DNA from: an uncultured Gemmatimonadales bacterium
Lineage (GTDB): Bacteria; Gemmatimonadota; Gemmatimonadetes; Gemmatimonadales; GWC2-71-9
Direction of reading: 5' to 3'
DNA length: 64,000 bases
Assembly (NCBI GenBank): GCA_963788625.1
Contig: CAWBHB010000001.1
Coordinates: 1,031,939 to 1,095,938, forward strand
In this document: positions 48,336 to 57,600 of the stretch, one piece after another
Layout of the letters: each line of letters begins with the position of its first letter
How positions within the stretch are numbered: the first letter of the stretch is position 1
Notes under the pieces: model-generated
Database searches by the model: none
Told to the model about the DNA's origin: nothing
Seen by the model: the letters and a program-made list of their open reading frames with translations, nothing else
Translations under genes and position numbers: made by a program

Positions 48336-48824
48336 TCACTTCACCGCGGCGTTGCCGCCGTTTCCCATCGCGGCGGCTTCGACGTGGCGGGCGATTCCCG
48401 CCAGCGTTCGCGACGCGATGCCGTGCACAAACACCGGCCCAATCACCAACTCCGCAGCCGGGCGCCCGATCAGGGGCCAGCTGGGGCCGTTCCACTCGTG
48501 AATGATGGAGACGTCCGTCGTCTCGCCCGCCGGCACCATCCGCCACACCACGTCCATCCCGCGGGTGATGCCGCGGATGTGCCGGTAGCGTACCTCCAGA
48601 TCGGCGGGCCGCACCCACATCTCCGATACCCACCAGGTGGGATACCTGAGCACGCCGAACGGTCTCCAGGCGGCCATCTCCACTATCACACTCTCCGGCC
48701 GCCGTTCGAGGATGCGGACCCAGCGATAGTGCGAAAGCAGTTCGGGCCAGCGCTCGACGTCACTCGCCGCCCGGAACACCGCATCCGCCGGCGCGTGCAT
48801 CAGGCGCTCATCCACCGTTCTCAT
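48336..48824 (-). CDS. SRPBCC (polyketide cyclase/dehydrase, START-like) protein
   Basis: ATG 48824 overlaps the methyltransferase TGA (ATGA). The 162-aa protein starts MRTVDERLMHAPADAVFRAASDVERWPELLSHYRWV..., which is typical of Polyketide_cyc2-type SRPBCC proteins. Confidence 0.7.
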   Translation of the reverse strand: MRTVDERLMHAPADAVFRAASDVERWPELLSHYRWVRILERRPESVIVEMAAWRPFGVLRYPTWWVSEMWVRPADLEVRYRHIRGITRGMDVVWRMVPAGETTDVSIIHEWNGPSWPLIGRPAAELVIGPVFVHGIASRTLAGIARHVEAAAMGNGGNAAVK

Positions 48825-49516
48825 CGGCTGCGCCAGGTGGCGACCAATCGGAACCCCGGCCGCTGTTCGACGGTCGCATCGATGCCGGCACGGGAGAGCA
48901 GGGTCTTCAGTTCCACCCGCGTGTAACTGCGCCGCACCGAGGTCAGCCCGTCGGCGCGAGTCGCCGGATCGAAGCGGAGTAATCGCGAGCCCATCCAGAA
49001 GCCGAGCATCGCGAGCCTCGAGCGACGGAGGTCCGCCAGCACCACGCCGATCCGAGCCACCAGAGGTCAGTTCCCGGGCCATGCTGATGACGGCGTCGCC
49101 GTGCATGTGGTGAGCGACCTGGCTCAGGACCACGATGTCCACCGAGCGGCGTTTGATAGGAAGGGATCCGGCACAACCGAGAACCATGGGAAGACCGGCA
49201 GCCCTGGCGAGCTCTGCGGCGGGCCGACTCCGCTCGAGCCCGTAGGGAACCAGCCGAATGCCGCGGCTGGCACCCCACCTCACGGCGTCCGCCGGCAGGT
49301 CGCCAAGCCCGGTACCAACGTCCAGCATCGTAAGGGTGCTACCGGAGGGCAGACCTCGGCAGAGCCTGGGCGAGGCCGTGACGAACGCGCCTGGCGACCG
49401 CCAAACCAGCGATTGGATCGTGCGATGTTGTGCAGGGATTCCCGGACGGCTGCGGGGTCGGCTGCCGGATCATCCAGCAGCTCCCGCCCGATTGCGGCGA
49501 GCTCGACTCCGTTCAC
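48821..49516 (-). pseudogene. Class I SAM-dependent methyltransferase, three frameshifts in this assembly
   Basis: GTG 49516 overlaps the flavin reductase TGA (GTGA). The pieces are ...LHNIARSNRWFGGRQ / RVRHGLAQALPRSAL / GSTLTMLDVGTGLGDLP...DIVVLSQVAHHM...MARELT / ARIGVVLADLRRSRL...VATWRSR*. The shifts are near 49388, 49343 and 49065. Confidence 0.7.
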
Positions 49517-50004
49517 AGTGCTCTCATGGAGCCGTAGTTGCCCCGGTAGTAGAGCAGCGGAGCTCCCTCTCCAGGTTGACCTCCGGTTACTCGACCGACG
49601 AATAGCGTGTGATCGCCGAGCGGGAAGTCGGCGTATCGCTCGCATTCGATATGGGCCAGAACTCCCTCGAGTACGATCAACCCGTCCTCGGTCTCGCGAT
49701 AGGGGACACCACGAAATCTTTCGGCGACGGGAAGGGCGGCAAACCGGCGGGACAGGTCCTCCTGTGCCTCACTCAGCACGTTGAGTACATACCGGGTCGC
49801 GCCATTCAGCACCTGATGCATCTCGGCGAGGCGCTCGACACAGACGGACACGAGAGGCGGCACCAGGGATACCGACGCGAGACTGTTGGCGGTCATTCCT
49901 CCGATCCGTCCCCCACCGTCCCTGGCCGTGAGGATGCTCACCCCGGTCGCGAAGCGGCCGAGCAGTTGCCGGAAATCGGCGCCGTCGATATCGGGAACGC
50001 TCAG
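49513..50004 (-). CDS. Flavin reductase-domain protein (probable CTG start)
   Basis: DFRQLLGRFATGVSILTARDGGGRIGGMTANSLASVSLVPPLVSVC... is a flavin reductase-like FMN-binding domain. There is no ATG/GTG/TTG between the GGR stop and this conserved N-terminus. The only candidate is a CTG (50004-50002) overlapping the GGR TGA as CTGA. The track start at 50247 would overlap the GGR gene by 247 nt. Confidence 0.65.
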   Translation of the reverse strand: MSVPDIDGADFRQLLGRFATGVSILTARDGGGRIGGMTANSLASVSLVPPLVSVCVERLAEMHQVLNGATRYVLNVLSEAQEDLSRRFAALPVAERFRGVPYRETEDGLIVLEGVLAHIECERYADFPLGDHTLFVGRVTGGQPGEGAPLLYYRGNYGSMRAL

Positions 50005-51215
50005 AACACCATCCTGGCCAGAAAACCGGGGTGCAGTACCTCGCGGGCGGGGAGCAGATCTCCGGTCGCGCCGATCAGGGTATGGGAGAGTCCCCGGCGC
50101 TCCAGCCGCTCGACGGCGCGATCGAACAAACCGGGCAACAGCATGGCGTAACCGATGAGGCGTTCCAGCGCCCACTTCCCGGCGAAGGCCCTCTTGCGTG
50201 CGCCAATGTACCCGGCAAGGCGATAAGCGGCGACCGGGCCCGGACATCGCAGCGCTTCCGCGGCGGCATCGGCCGCCAGCTCGGCACCCCGCAGGGCCGC
50301 GTAAATGCCCTCACCGGTAAAGGGATCGAAGAAGTCGGCCGCGTCTCCCACAAGGAGAGCGCCGTCGGTCACTACCTTCCCGGACCAGGCGGCGAACGGA
50401 CCGGTGACCAGGACCTCGCGAATGATTCCAGCGGGCGGCACCCGTCCTCGCACTCCGGGAAGGCGCTCGAGTTGTTCCTGAAAGAATGCGGTTGGGCGCC
50501 CCCTCGCCTGAACGGCGAGACTCCGGGGAACCACCAGGGCCACGTTGGTTACGCCTGCGCCCAGATGATTGAGTCCCGCGTACCCGGATGAACCCACATG
50601 CATCTCGGCTACATCGCCCATTCCGCTCACACCCGAGACATGGGCGACAAAGGCCATGCGTGAAGGCCGACCATGGGTGCGCCGTCCGATCCGGCGCGCC
50701 ACGACGGAACGCAGACCATCGGCGCCGATGGTGAGCCGGGCGCGAACCGTCCGCCTCCGCCCGGCAGTATCGCGCAGTACGGCTCCACCCACCGCGCCGT
50801 TTTCATAGAGAAGTGCTTCCAGGCCGACTCCCTCCAGCACCTCTCCCCCCGCTGCCCGCGCCGCCTCAACCAGTTGCGCATCGAGAATTCGTCTGGGGAT
50901 GGAGAAACCAGCGGGTCGCAACAGGGAAACACCGGCCTGGGCAAACAATCCGGTCAGTCGGCTTCCAGCCGGACCGATGACTGTGGTCCCGTAGAGCGGA
51001 GCAGCGCCGGCCGCCTCCAGCGCTGGTACGACGCCGAGCCGGTCGAGAAGACGAACCGCCTCCGGACTCATATACTCGGAGCAGGCTTTTTCTCTGGGGA
51101 AGGTCGCGCGATCCACCGCGACTACTCGATACCCCTGCCGCGCCAGGTGACGGGTCGTGGCACTGCCCGCCGGTCCCGCTCCCACGACGAGGACGTCGAC
51201 CCCGGCCTTGGTCAC
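50001..51215 (-). CDS. Geranylgeranyl reductase-family FAD-dependent oxidoreductase
   Basis: 404 aa with DVLVVGAGPAGSATTRHLARQGYRVVAVDRATFPREKACSEYMS, the typical GGR-family N-terminus. Confidence 0.85.
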   Translation of the reverse strand: MTKAGVDVLVVGAGPAGSATTRHLARQGYRVVAVDRATFPREKACSEYMSPEAVRLLDRLGVVPALEAAGAAPLYGTTVIGPAGSRLTGLFAQAGVSLLRPAGFSIPRRILDAQLVEAARAAGGEVLEGVGLEALLYENGAVGGAVLRDTAGRRRTVRARLTIGADGLRSVVARRIGRRTHGRPSRMAFVAHVSGVSGMGDVAEMHVGSSGYAGLNHLGAGVTNVALVVPRSLAVQARGRPTAFFQEQLERLPGVRGRVPPAGIIREVLVTGPFAAWSGKVVTDGALLVGDAADFFDPFTGEGIYAALRGAELAADAAAEALRCPGPVAAYRLAGYIGARKRAFAGKWALERLIGYAMLLPGLFDRAVERLERRGLSHTLIGATGDLLPAREVLHPGFLARMVF

Positions 51216-51222
51216 GAGTGCC

Positions 51223-51765
51223 TCAGGCGGTGCGATCGAAGGGGATGCCCCCGAGGAGGATGCGATCGCGGGTGAACTGGGGGAAGTTCAGGGAGAAGCT
51301 GACCGACGTCATGCTGTCGGTAAACGTGATCACCACGTTGCCGTTGTTGATCGTGAAGCCGCAGTCCCGGACCGTGACGAAGGTCCTGCCGTCCAGAACC
51401 GAAAAGGTGCTCACCGTCTGACGGCAGGTCCCGCTGCTGCGGAAATCCCAGCGCGTCCTCACCGTCTGGAAGTCACCCGACATCTCGATCGCGACGACGT
51501 TCTCCCAGGCACCCACCAGCGCCTCGGCTGCCGAGCCGCCCATGGAGGTACCACCCCCTCCTGTGCCGCCCCCGCCGCCACCAGTGCCGCCGCCTCCTCC
51601 GCTTGTCGCCCCGCCGCCGGTAGGAGGAGTGATGCCAACCGGATCCCGCTCTTCGGCGGTGCAGGCCGCAATGCTCAGCGCGAGCCCAGCCACCACCAGC
51701 CAGCCCAACCGGCGATTCCACCGAGCCCGGTGGCCAGCGCGTTCACTCCATCGTTGTTCAGCCAT
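51223..51765 (-). CDS. Hypothetical lipoprotein with a poly-Gly linker
   Basis: The start is taken at ATG 51765. It has the lipobox-like LALSIAAC, then the TGGGATSGGGGGTGGGGGGTGGGGTS linker and a ~110-aa domain. It overlaps the DUF92 3' end by 91 nt. Confidence 0.45.
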   Translation of the reverse strand: MAEQRWSERAGHRARWNRRLGWLVVAGLALSIAACTAEERDPVGITPPTGGGATSGGGGGTGGGGGGTGGGGTSMGGSAAEALVGAWENVVAIEMSGDFQTVRTRWDFRSSGTCRQTVSTFSVLDGRTFVTVRDCGFTINNGNVVITFTDSMTSVSFSLNFPQFTRDRILLGGIPFDRTA

Positions 51766-52466
51766 AGCAAACCTCCGCGCGGTACGCCGCGCGCCCCACA
51801 TCGATGCACTCTGCGCTCGGTTTCCTCCCGACATTCAGCGCAGTAGAACCGTCCCTGCCATCCCGCCCCCAGCGCCGAATCCACCAGCATGCCGAGGACG
51901 CCGACCGGCACCGCAAAAAGGAGAAGCCCCTTGTCGTCGGAGACGATGGAGGCAGCCGCAGCCACGATCAGCGCCCCGGCCACGGCTCCGGCCGTTCCGA
52001 GGAGTGTAATACCTCCGCTGGTTCCCGGCGGGACCACCTGGCCGGTAAGGAGGTGACGCGGCGGCCTCGAGCTCCACGCACCGACGGAAGTTGCCCAGGT
52101 ATCCGCGGCGGCTACCGCCAGGCTTGTGGTCACGATCCAGACACCCGGGCCTGGACCCAGCAAGGCGCCGACAGCCGCTACTCCGCCGTTGGCCAGCACC
52201 TGCCAGTGATCGCGACGGGAGCCCTTGGCGCCCAGGCGGATGCCCGGATCCGGGCTGACCCGGGATACGATACTCCCTCCTATAAAGAAGGTGAGGAGTG
52301 CCGCCCCGCCCGGGAGCCCAGTCCCGGTGAGGATGGCCGTGCCGACCGCGGTCGCGGCGAGGGCGCCGGGACCGGTCAGGGCACGGAGGGCCCAGGCCAA
52401 CAGGGCAATGGCCCCGCTGACCAGGAAACTTGCCGGTGCGGCGACTGGCTCGAGGGGAGATGTCAA
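51675..52466 (-). CDS. DUF92 (TMEM19/COG1836) integral membrane protein
   Basis: 263 aa, multi-TM and Gly/Ala-rich, with ADTWATSVG and a CAEC...HRCG zinc-ribbon-like insert. From memory, this is the family that contains plant phytyl-phosphate kinase VTE6. Confidence 0.65.
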   Translation of the reverse strand: MTSPLEPVAAPASFLVSGAIALLAWALRALTGPGALAATAVGTAILTGTGLPGGAALLTFFIGGSIVSRVSPDPGIRLGAKGSRRDHWQVLANGGVAAVGALLGPGPGVWIVTTSLAVAAADTWATSVGAWSSRPPRHLLTGQVVPPGTSGGITLLGTAGAVAGALIVAAAASIVSDDKGLLLFAVPVGVLGMLVDSALGAGWQGRFYCAECREETERRVHRCGARGVPRGGLLWLNNDGVNALATGLGGIAGWAGWWWLGSR

Positions 52467-52493
52467 GGGATTGATCGGCTAACCTCGTGATGA

Positions 52494-53189
52494 TTGTCAG
52501 GGGCGATCGCTTTCGGTTATTCTAATGCCCGCCAGACCGACTGCTCCCTGACTCCTCTTGCCCGATTCTCCTACTTGCCTGTTCACGCCATCATCCCTCT
52601 GAGTCTGCTCGAGGCGCTCCGGAACCTCGACACGCCGGTGGAGGACGGGCTCGAGGAGCTTGCCGGGGAGATCGTCTCCAAGCGGCTGGGACTCAGCGCG
52701 ACCGTGGCCGCACAGATCAATAGATATCAGGACGCGGCCAAGCGGGACGGCCGGGTGGCGACCGACGAGGCTATCGCGGTCTTTCGGCTGGCGGGGCGCC
52801 GCCCCGACGCGCAGCTGGTGTTCGCGGATGCCGGCAGGCGGGCAGCCCGCTATGCCGCCCGTTCGAGTGCCTTGCCGGCTCGGGCTCTGGCGCAGGTAAC
52901 TCCAGCCGGAATGGGGAAGGCGATCGGCGCGCGGGTCGCCACCAACGCGGCGCGTCGAGTGCTCAACGCGTCGTTGCGGGTGGGAGCGGATGGGGCGGTG
53001 GCGCAGGTTCCTTCGCCGTTGTCCATCCACGCCGTCCCGGACGGGGGAGCCTGTTCGTTCTACGGTGCGGCCTTCGGAGAATTGCTCCGGATGATGACCG
53101 GCTTCGAAGGCCTGATGGTCCACGATCGCTGCCGCGGTCGGGGCGAAGACGCTTGCCATTGGCGGGCCATGCCCGTTGGGGGATACTGA
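52494..53189 (+). CDS. Hypothetical protein (possible V4R-like C-terminal domain)
   Basis: 231-aa ORF with a C-terminal CSFYGAAFGELLRMMTGFEGLMVHDRCRGRGEDACHW. The start is uncertain and the family call is weak. Confidence 0.4.
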   Translation: MSGAIAFGYSNARQTDCSLTPLARFSYLPVHAIIPLSLLEALRNLDTPVEDGLEELAGEIVSKRLGLSATVAAQINRYQDAAKRDGRVATDEAIAVFRLAGRRPDAQLVFADAGRRAARYAARSSALPARALAQVTPAGMGKAIGARVATNAARRVLNASLRVGADGAVAQVPSPLSIHAVPDGGACSFYGAAFGELLRMMTGFEGLMVHDRCRGRGEDACHWRAMPVGGY

Positions 53190-54352
53190 TGCTTACTGCG
53201 GCGCAAGTCTCGGCGATTCAGGCCAGCCTCAAGGAAATGCAGCTCGACGGCTGGTTGCTCTACGATTTCCGCGCGGTCAACCCGGTCACCGGTCGGGTGC
53301 TGGGTGTAGGTGGCATGGGAAGCCGGCGACTGTTCGTCCTGATCCCGCGCGAGGGAGAAGCGGTGGCTGTGGCTCACAAGATCGAGTTGCAGCCGGTCGA
53401 TGGCTTCCCCGGTCGAATCCGTCCCTACGCCAAGTGGGAGGAGTTGCACCATGAGCTGGGTGTCCTGGTCCGGGGCAAGCGGCTCGCGATGGAGGTTTCC
53501 CCGGAGGATGCGGTCCCCTATCTGGACCGGGTTCCTGCCGGTGTGGTGGAGCTGATCCGCAAGCTGGGTGGAACCGTGGTGCCTTCTGCACTGCTCGTGA
53601 GTCGCTTCGCGGCGAGCTGGAGTGCGGCGGAGACGGCCGATCATTTATATGCGGCCGAAGTCCTGGCCGAAGTCGCCCAGGCAGAACTCCGCTGGGCGGT
53701 CGCCCGCCGGCAGGGAATCCGGGAGACCGATCTGCAGGCCAGGGTCGTGGACGGGTTACACCAGCGCGGCCTCGAATTCGACCATCCGCCCATTGTGGCC
53801 TTCGGTGCCAACGCCGCGAATCCTCATTATGAACCAGTCGCGGGAAAGGACGCGGTGCTGCAGCCGGACCAGGTCGTGCTGCTGGATCTGTGGGCGGGCC
53901 GCGGTCTCGCGACGGTGTTCGCGGATCAGACCTGGATGGGCTTCAGCGGGGGGCATCCGCCGGACAAGGTGCAGCGGGTCTGGGAGACCGTGCGTGATGC
54001 GCGCGATGCGGCGATTGCGCTGGTGAAAGGCGCGGCGGGACGCCGACCGGTGGCCGGTTTCGAGGCCGACCGCGCGGCTCGCGCCGTGATCGAGAACGCC
54101 GGCTGGGGCGGGTACTTCGTGCACCGCACCGGTCATTCGATCGACCGCGACCTTCATGGATCGGGTCCCCACCTGGACGACTACGAGACCCACGATGACC
54201 GGGAGCTGATCCCGGGGGTGGGATTTTCCATTGAACCGGGGATCTACCTGCCCGGCGAGTTCGGGGTGCGGAGCGAGGTCAACATGTTCTGGGGGCCGGA
54301 CGGACCTCGAGTCACCCCGGCAACCCCGCAGCGCGACCTGATACTGACTTGA
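53189..54352 (+). CDS. M24-family Xaa-Pro aminopeptidase
   Basis: The start is taken at ATG 53189 (TGATG overlap). Metal ligand context is present: VLLDLWA, HRTGHSIDRDLHG, GFSIEPGIY, VRSEVNM. Confidence 0.85.
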   Translation: MLTAAQVSAIQASLKEMQLDGWLLYDFRAVNPVTGRVLGVGGMGSRRLFVLIPREGEAVAVAHKIELQPVDGFPGRIRPYAKWEELHHELGVLVRGKRLAMEVSPEDAVPYLDRVPAGVVELIRKLGGTVVPSALLVSRFAASWSAAETADHLYAAEVLAEVAQAELRWAVARRQGIRETDLQARVVDGLHQRGLEFDHPPIVAFGANAANPHYEPVAGKDAVLQPDQVVLLDLWAGRGLATVFADQTWMGFSGGHPPDKVQRVWETVRDARDAAIALVKGAAGRRPVAGFEADRAARAVIENAGWGGYFVHRTGHSIDRDLHGSGPHLDDYETHDDRELIPGVGFSIEPGIYLPGEFGVRSEVNMFWGPDGPRVTPATPQRDLILT

Positions 54353-54428
54353 AAAGGCACCCTGCATCCTCTGTTGTTTCAAACGGTTACTCAGAACGAG
54401 TGTTCGGATTTCGACGCGTTACGGTTCC

Positions 54429-54457
54429 TTGACACATACGGAGGCGGCCTTCATATT
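54429..54457 (+). promoter_or_regulatory. Candidate sigma-70-type promoter of the TonB-dependent receptor locus
   Basis: Perfect TTGACA (54429-54434), 17-nt spacer, CATATT (54452-54457). This leaves a leader of about 175 nt before ATG 54638. Confidence 0.4.
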
Positions 54458-54637
54458 CATGCTCCCGACCACGGCCGCGGCCGGGAAGTAGTTCGTTTTC
54501 CGATTCACTCTCACATCTCCTGCAGGTTGTCCCGGCGTAGTCACTCCGTTGCGTGGCCTATGGGCCGCCACGGTTGTGCGCGTCTTCGATCCTTCGGTGC
54601 AGTCGGTCTTGTGTTCACGTCTTCGGAGGACGTTTCC

Positions 54638-57600
54638 ATGAAAGAAAGAAGTGTTAGCGCTCTCGCCCGCTTAACGCGTTGGGTCGCGTGTGCGGCAGTC
54701 GCTCTCACCCTGGGAGCCGGAACGCTCCTGGCGCAGGCGACTGGTAAGATCGAGGGACGAGTTCGAGACCAGGCTGGCGCCCCGATCGCCAGCGCCCAGG
54801 TCCGGATCAATGGAACCGCCTTTGGCGCGGTGGCGAACAGTCAGGGCTACTACTTCATCAACAACGTCCCGTCCGGCGTGTATGAGCTGGTCGGAACGTT
54901 CGTGGGGTACAAGCCCGTCGGGGTCGCCGGCCTTCGCGTCGCGGCCGGTCAGACGATCACCCAGGATTTCACTCTCGAGCAGACCCCCATTGAAATCACC
55001 GAAATCACCGTCGTCGGCGCCCAGAACGCGCTGGTGCCTCGCGACCAGGTGACCACGAAGCAGAGCCTGCAGGGCGACTTCGTGGAGAAGCTTCCGGTGG
55101 ACAGGATTCAGGACGTGTTGGCCCTCCAGCCGGGCGTCGTAGCCAGCTCTGGTTCGCGGACCATCACGATCCGCGGTGGTCGTACCGATGAGGCGGTGAC
55201 CTACATCGACGGTGTGCCGGTCAGCCCGGGGAATCGGGGTGGCGGCTTCGTCGGTATGGATGGCGGCACCATCGCGGTTTCTCCGGGCGGATTCGAAGAC
55301 GCCTCGGTGACCACTGGCGCCTCGTCGGCGGAATTCGGCAATGCCCAGTCCGGCGTCATCGCAGTCCAGACTCGGGGTGGTGGTAGCGCCTGGAGCGGGA
55401 CCCTCGGTTACGAGAGTGACGCGCTTACCGGGCTCAACAACAGCGTCGGGTACAGCCGGGTGCGGGTCGGCTTCGGCGGTCCGATCACGGGCAACCTCAG
55501 CTTCTATCTGGACGGTAACCTGGTTGGGCAGACGACCGGTGGCTCGGCCGATTTCCCACTCCCCGGCACGGCTCAGGGGTTTAGTTCCGAGAAGGCCCCG
55601 ATCATGGTCAGCGCCGGAATTGACACCACGGTCGCTGTGCCGGTGTCGGGCGGTGTCGACAGCGTGGACATCTACAAGTTCGCCATGTACCGCGGCGATT
55701 GTGATGCGTTCAAGAGTGCCGGCTCGGCGGATCCCAGCAACCCGCACGTCGCGGACATTCGCAACAACTACGGGCTGGACTGCCGGGGTGGGCAGGCGCC
55801 GGTATCACCGACGTCGACCTATCAGACCGGTGCCAAGCTGGCCTATACCTACGGCACCGGTTCCCGGGCCGCGTTGAGCTTCCTGCGCAACCAGCTCAAC
55901 ACCCGGAACTTCAGCTACAGCCGGATGTTCGGCACCTCGGTGGACTTTGACGCACTCTATACCGCGAACAACGTCGCCACGCTGAACATCACCCAGAATC
56001 TCTCCAAGTCGGCGGAGCGGGCGCTGGCACTGGACGTCTACGGGTCCTACCAGTGGGACCGGGTCAACGAAGGTCCGCTCACTTCGAGCAGCGAGTCGGA
56101 CACCCGGAATCCGTGGGGCGGGTTCATCATCAAGCCGATGGATTTCCAGTTCAACTTCGACAACTTCCCGCTCGATCAGGAGTTGATCCGCAACTTCCAG
56201 CGCAACAAGGGCCGGCGGTCACCATTCGATCTGGACAACCCTGGCCAGTATGAGCTGTTCGACCAGTACCGCAACAACCCCTACTCGACCTCCAGCCGCG
56301 GTCCGGTCAACAACGACCTGGGAGTCAATTTCTTCGATGGCGGTGGCCCCAACCGGCGGATTTCGATGTACAAGGAAGACCGTGCGGTCGGCAAAGCCAA
56401 CCTGGACTGGCAGGTGGATCGCTACAACCGGGTCAAGCTGGGCGGCGAGTACACCAAGTACTACATCACCAACTACTCGATGCAGCTGACCAGCCAGGCC
56501 TTCTCCGATGCCTATAAGGAACAGCCCACCCGCTGGAACGCCTTCGTGGAAGACCGGCTCGACCTGGGCGACCTGGTGCTGGTGGGCGGCCTGCGGTACG
56601 ACTGGTACAAGACCGGCGCTTCGCGGCCCTACTACACCGACAGCCTGGGCAACAGGAGCTGGTTCCCCCGTATCTCCACGATGCCGGGCTTCAATTCGTC
56701 CGATCCGGACGCGATCATGGTCGAGGACCAGAGCCACAACTACCTGAGCCCGCACGTGCAGGTGTCGTTCCCGGTGACCGAGCGGACCAACTTCCGGCTC
56801 TCCTATGCTCACCAGGTGCAGGCGCCCGACTTCGGCTTGATTCTGGGCGGCATCAACACCGACCTGAGCGTCACCAACACCAACCACTTCTACGGCAGCG
56901 ATCTCGACTTCGGCAAGACCATCACCTTCGAGTTCGGGATCCGGCATTCGTTCAGCGACGACATGGTGCTGGACATCTCCGCGTACAACAAGGACAAGTT
57001 GTCGGATGCCGCGGGCCGTCTGGTATCGTTCTACGATCCGTTCAAGCAGGCGCCGGTGGACATCCGGGTGGTCACCAACGCCGACTTCGGCAACGCCCGG
57101 GGTGTCGACATCCGGTTCGACCGCCGCTTCGGCGAGCTGTTCAACGGCACCCTGGCGTACACCTTCGAGGATGCCAAGAACACCGGATCGGATCCGTCGA
57201 CCTACATCAACTTCGGTTCCCGGGTGCTGAACGCCCTGAGCGGCGGCAACAATCCTCCGCCTCAGGCGATCCTGACCACCGACCAGAACCGGCCGCACAA
57301 CCTGGCCGGCCAGCTGGCCTTGAACTTCCCGGACAACTGGCACGAGGGTACGACGGGAGGAACCATTTTCCAGAACGTGGGTGTGTTCGCCACCTTCCGT
57401 TTCGCCAGCGGCACGCCGTACACCCGCTGCCCGGGCGATTCGGGTGACGACAACGTGCTGTCGGGGACCGTGTGCGCCAGGCGGATCGAAGGCGACTACA
57501 ACGGCGCCCGGCTGCCGATGCTCAAGATCTTCGACATGAAGCTCACCAAGGGCTTCCGGATGGGCGGGGTGGATCTGACCGCCTATGCCGACGTTCGGAA

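Noticed and set aside
54458-54637. Cobalamin or other riboswitch in the ~175-nt leader of the TonB-dependent receptor.
   Set aside because: I could not find a B12-box-like GCCACTG or the conserved GGTG..GAA core. The leader is left as unexplained rather than called. A cmsearch run would settle it.
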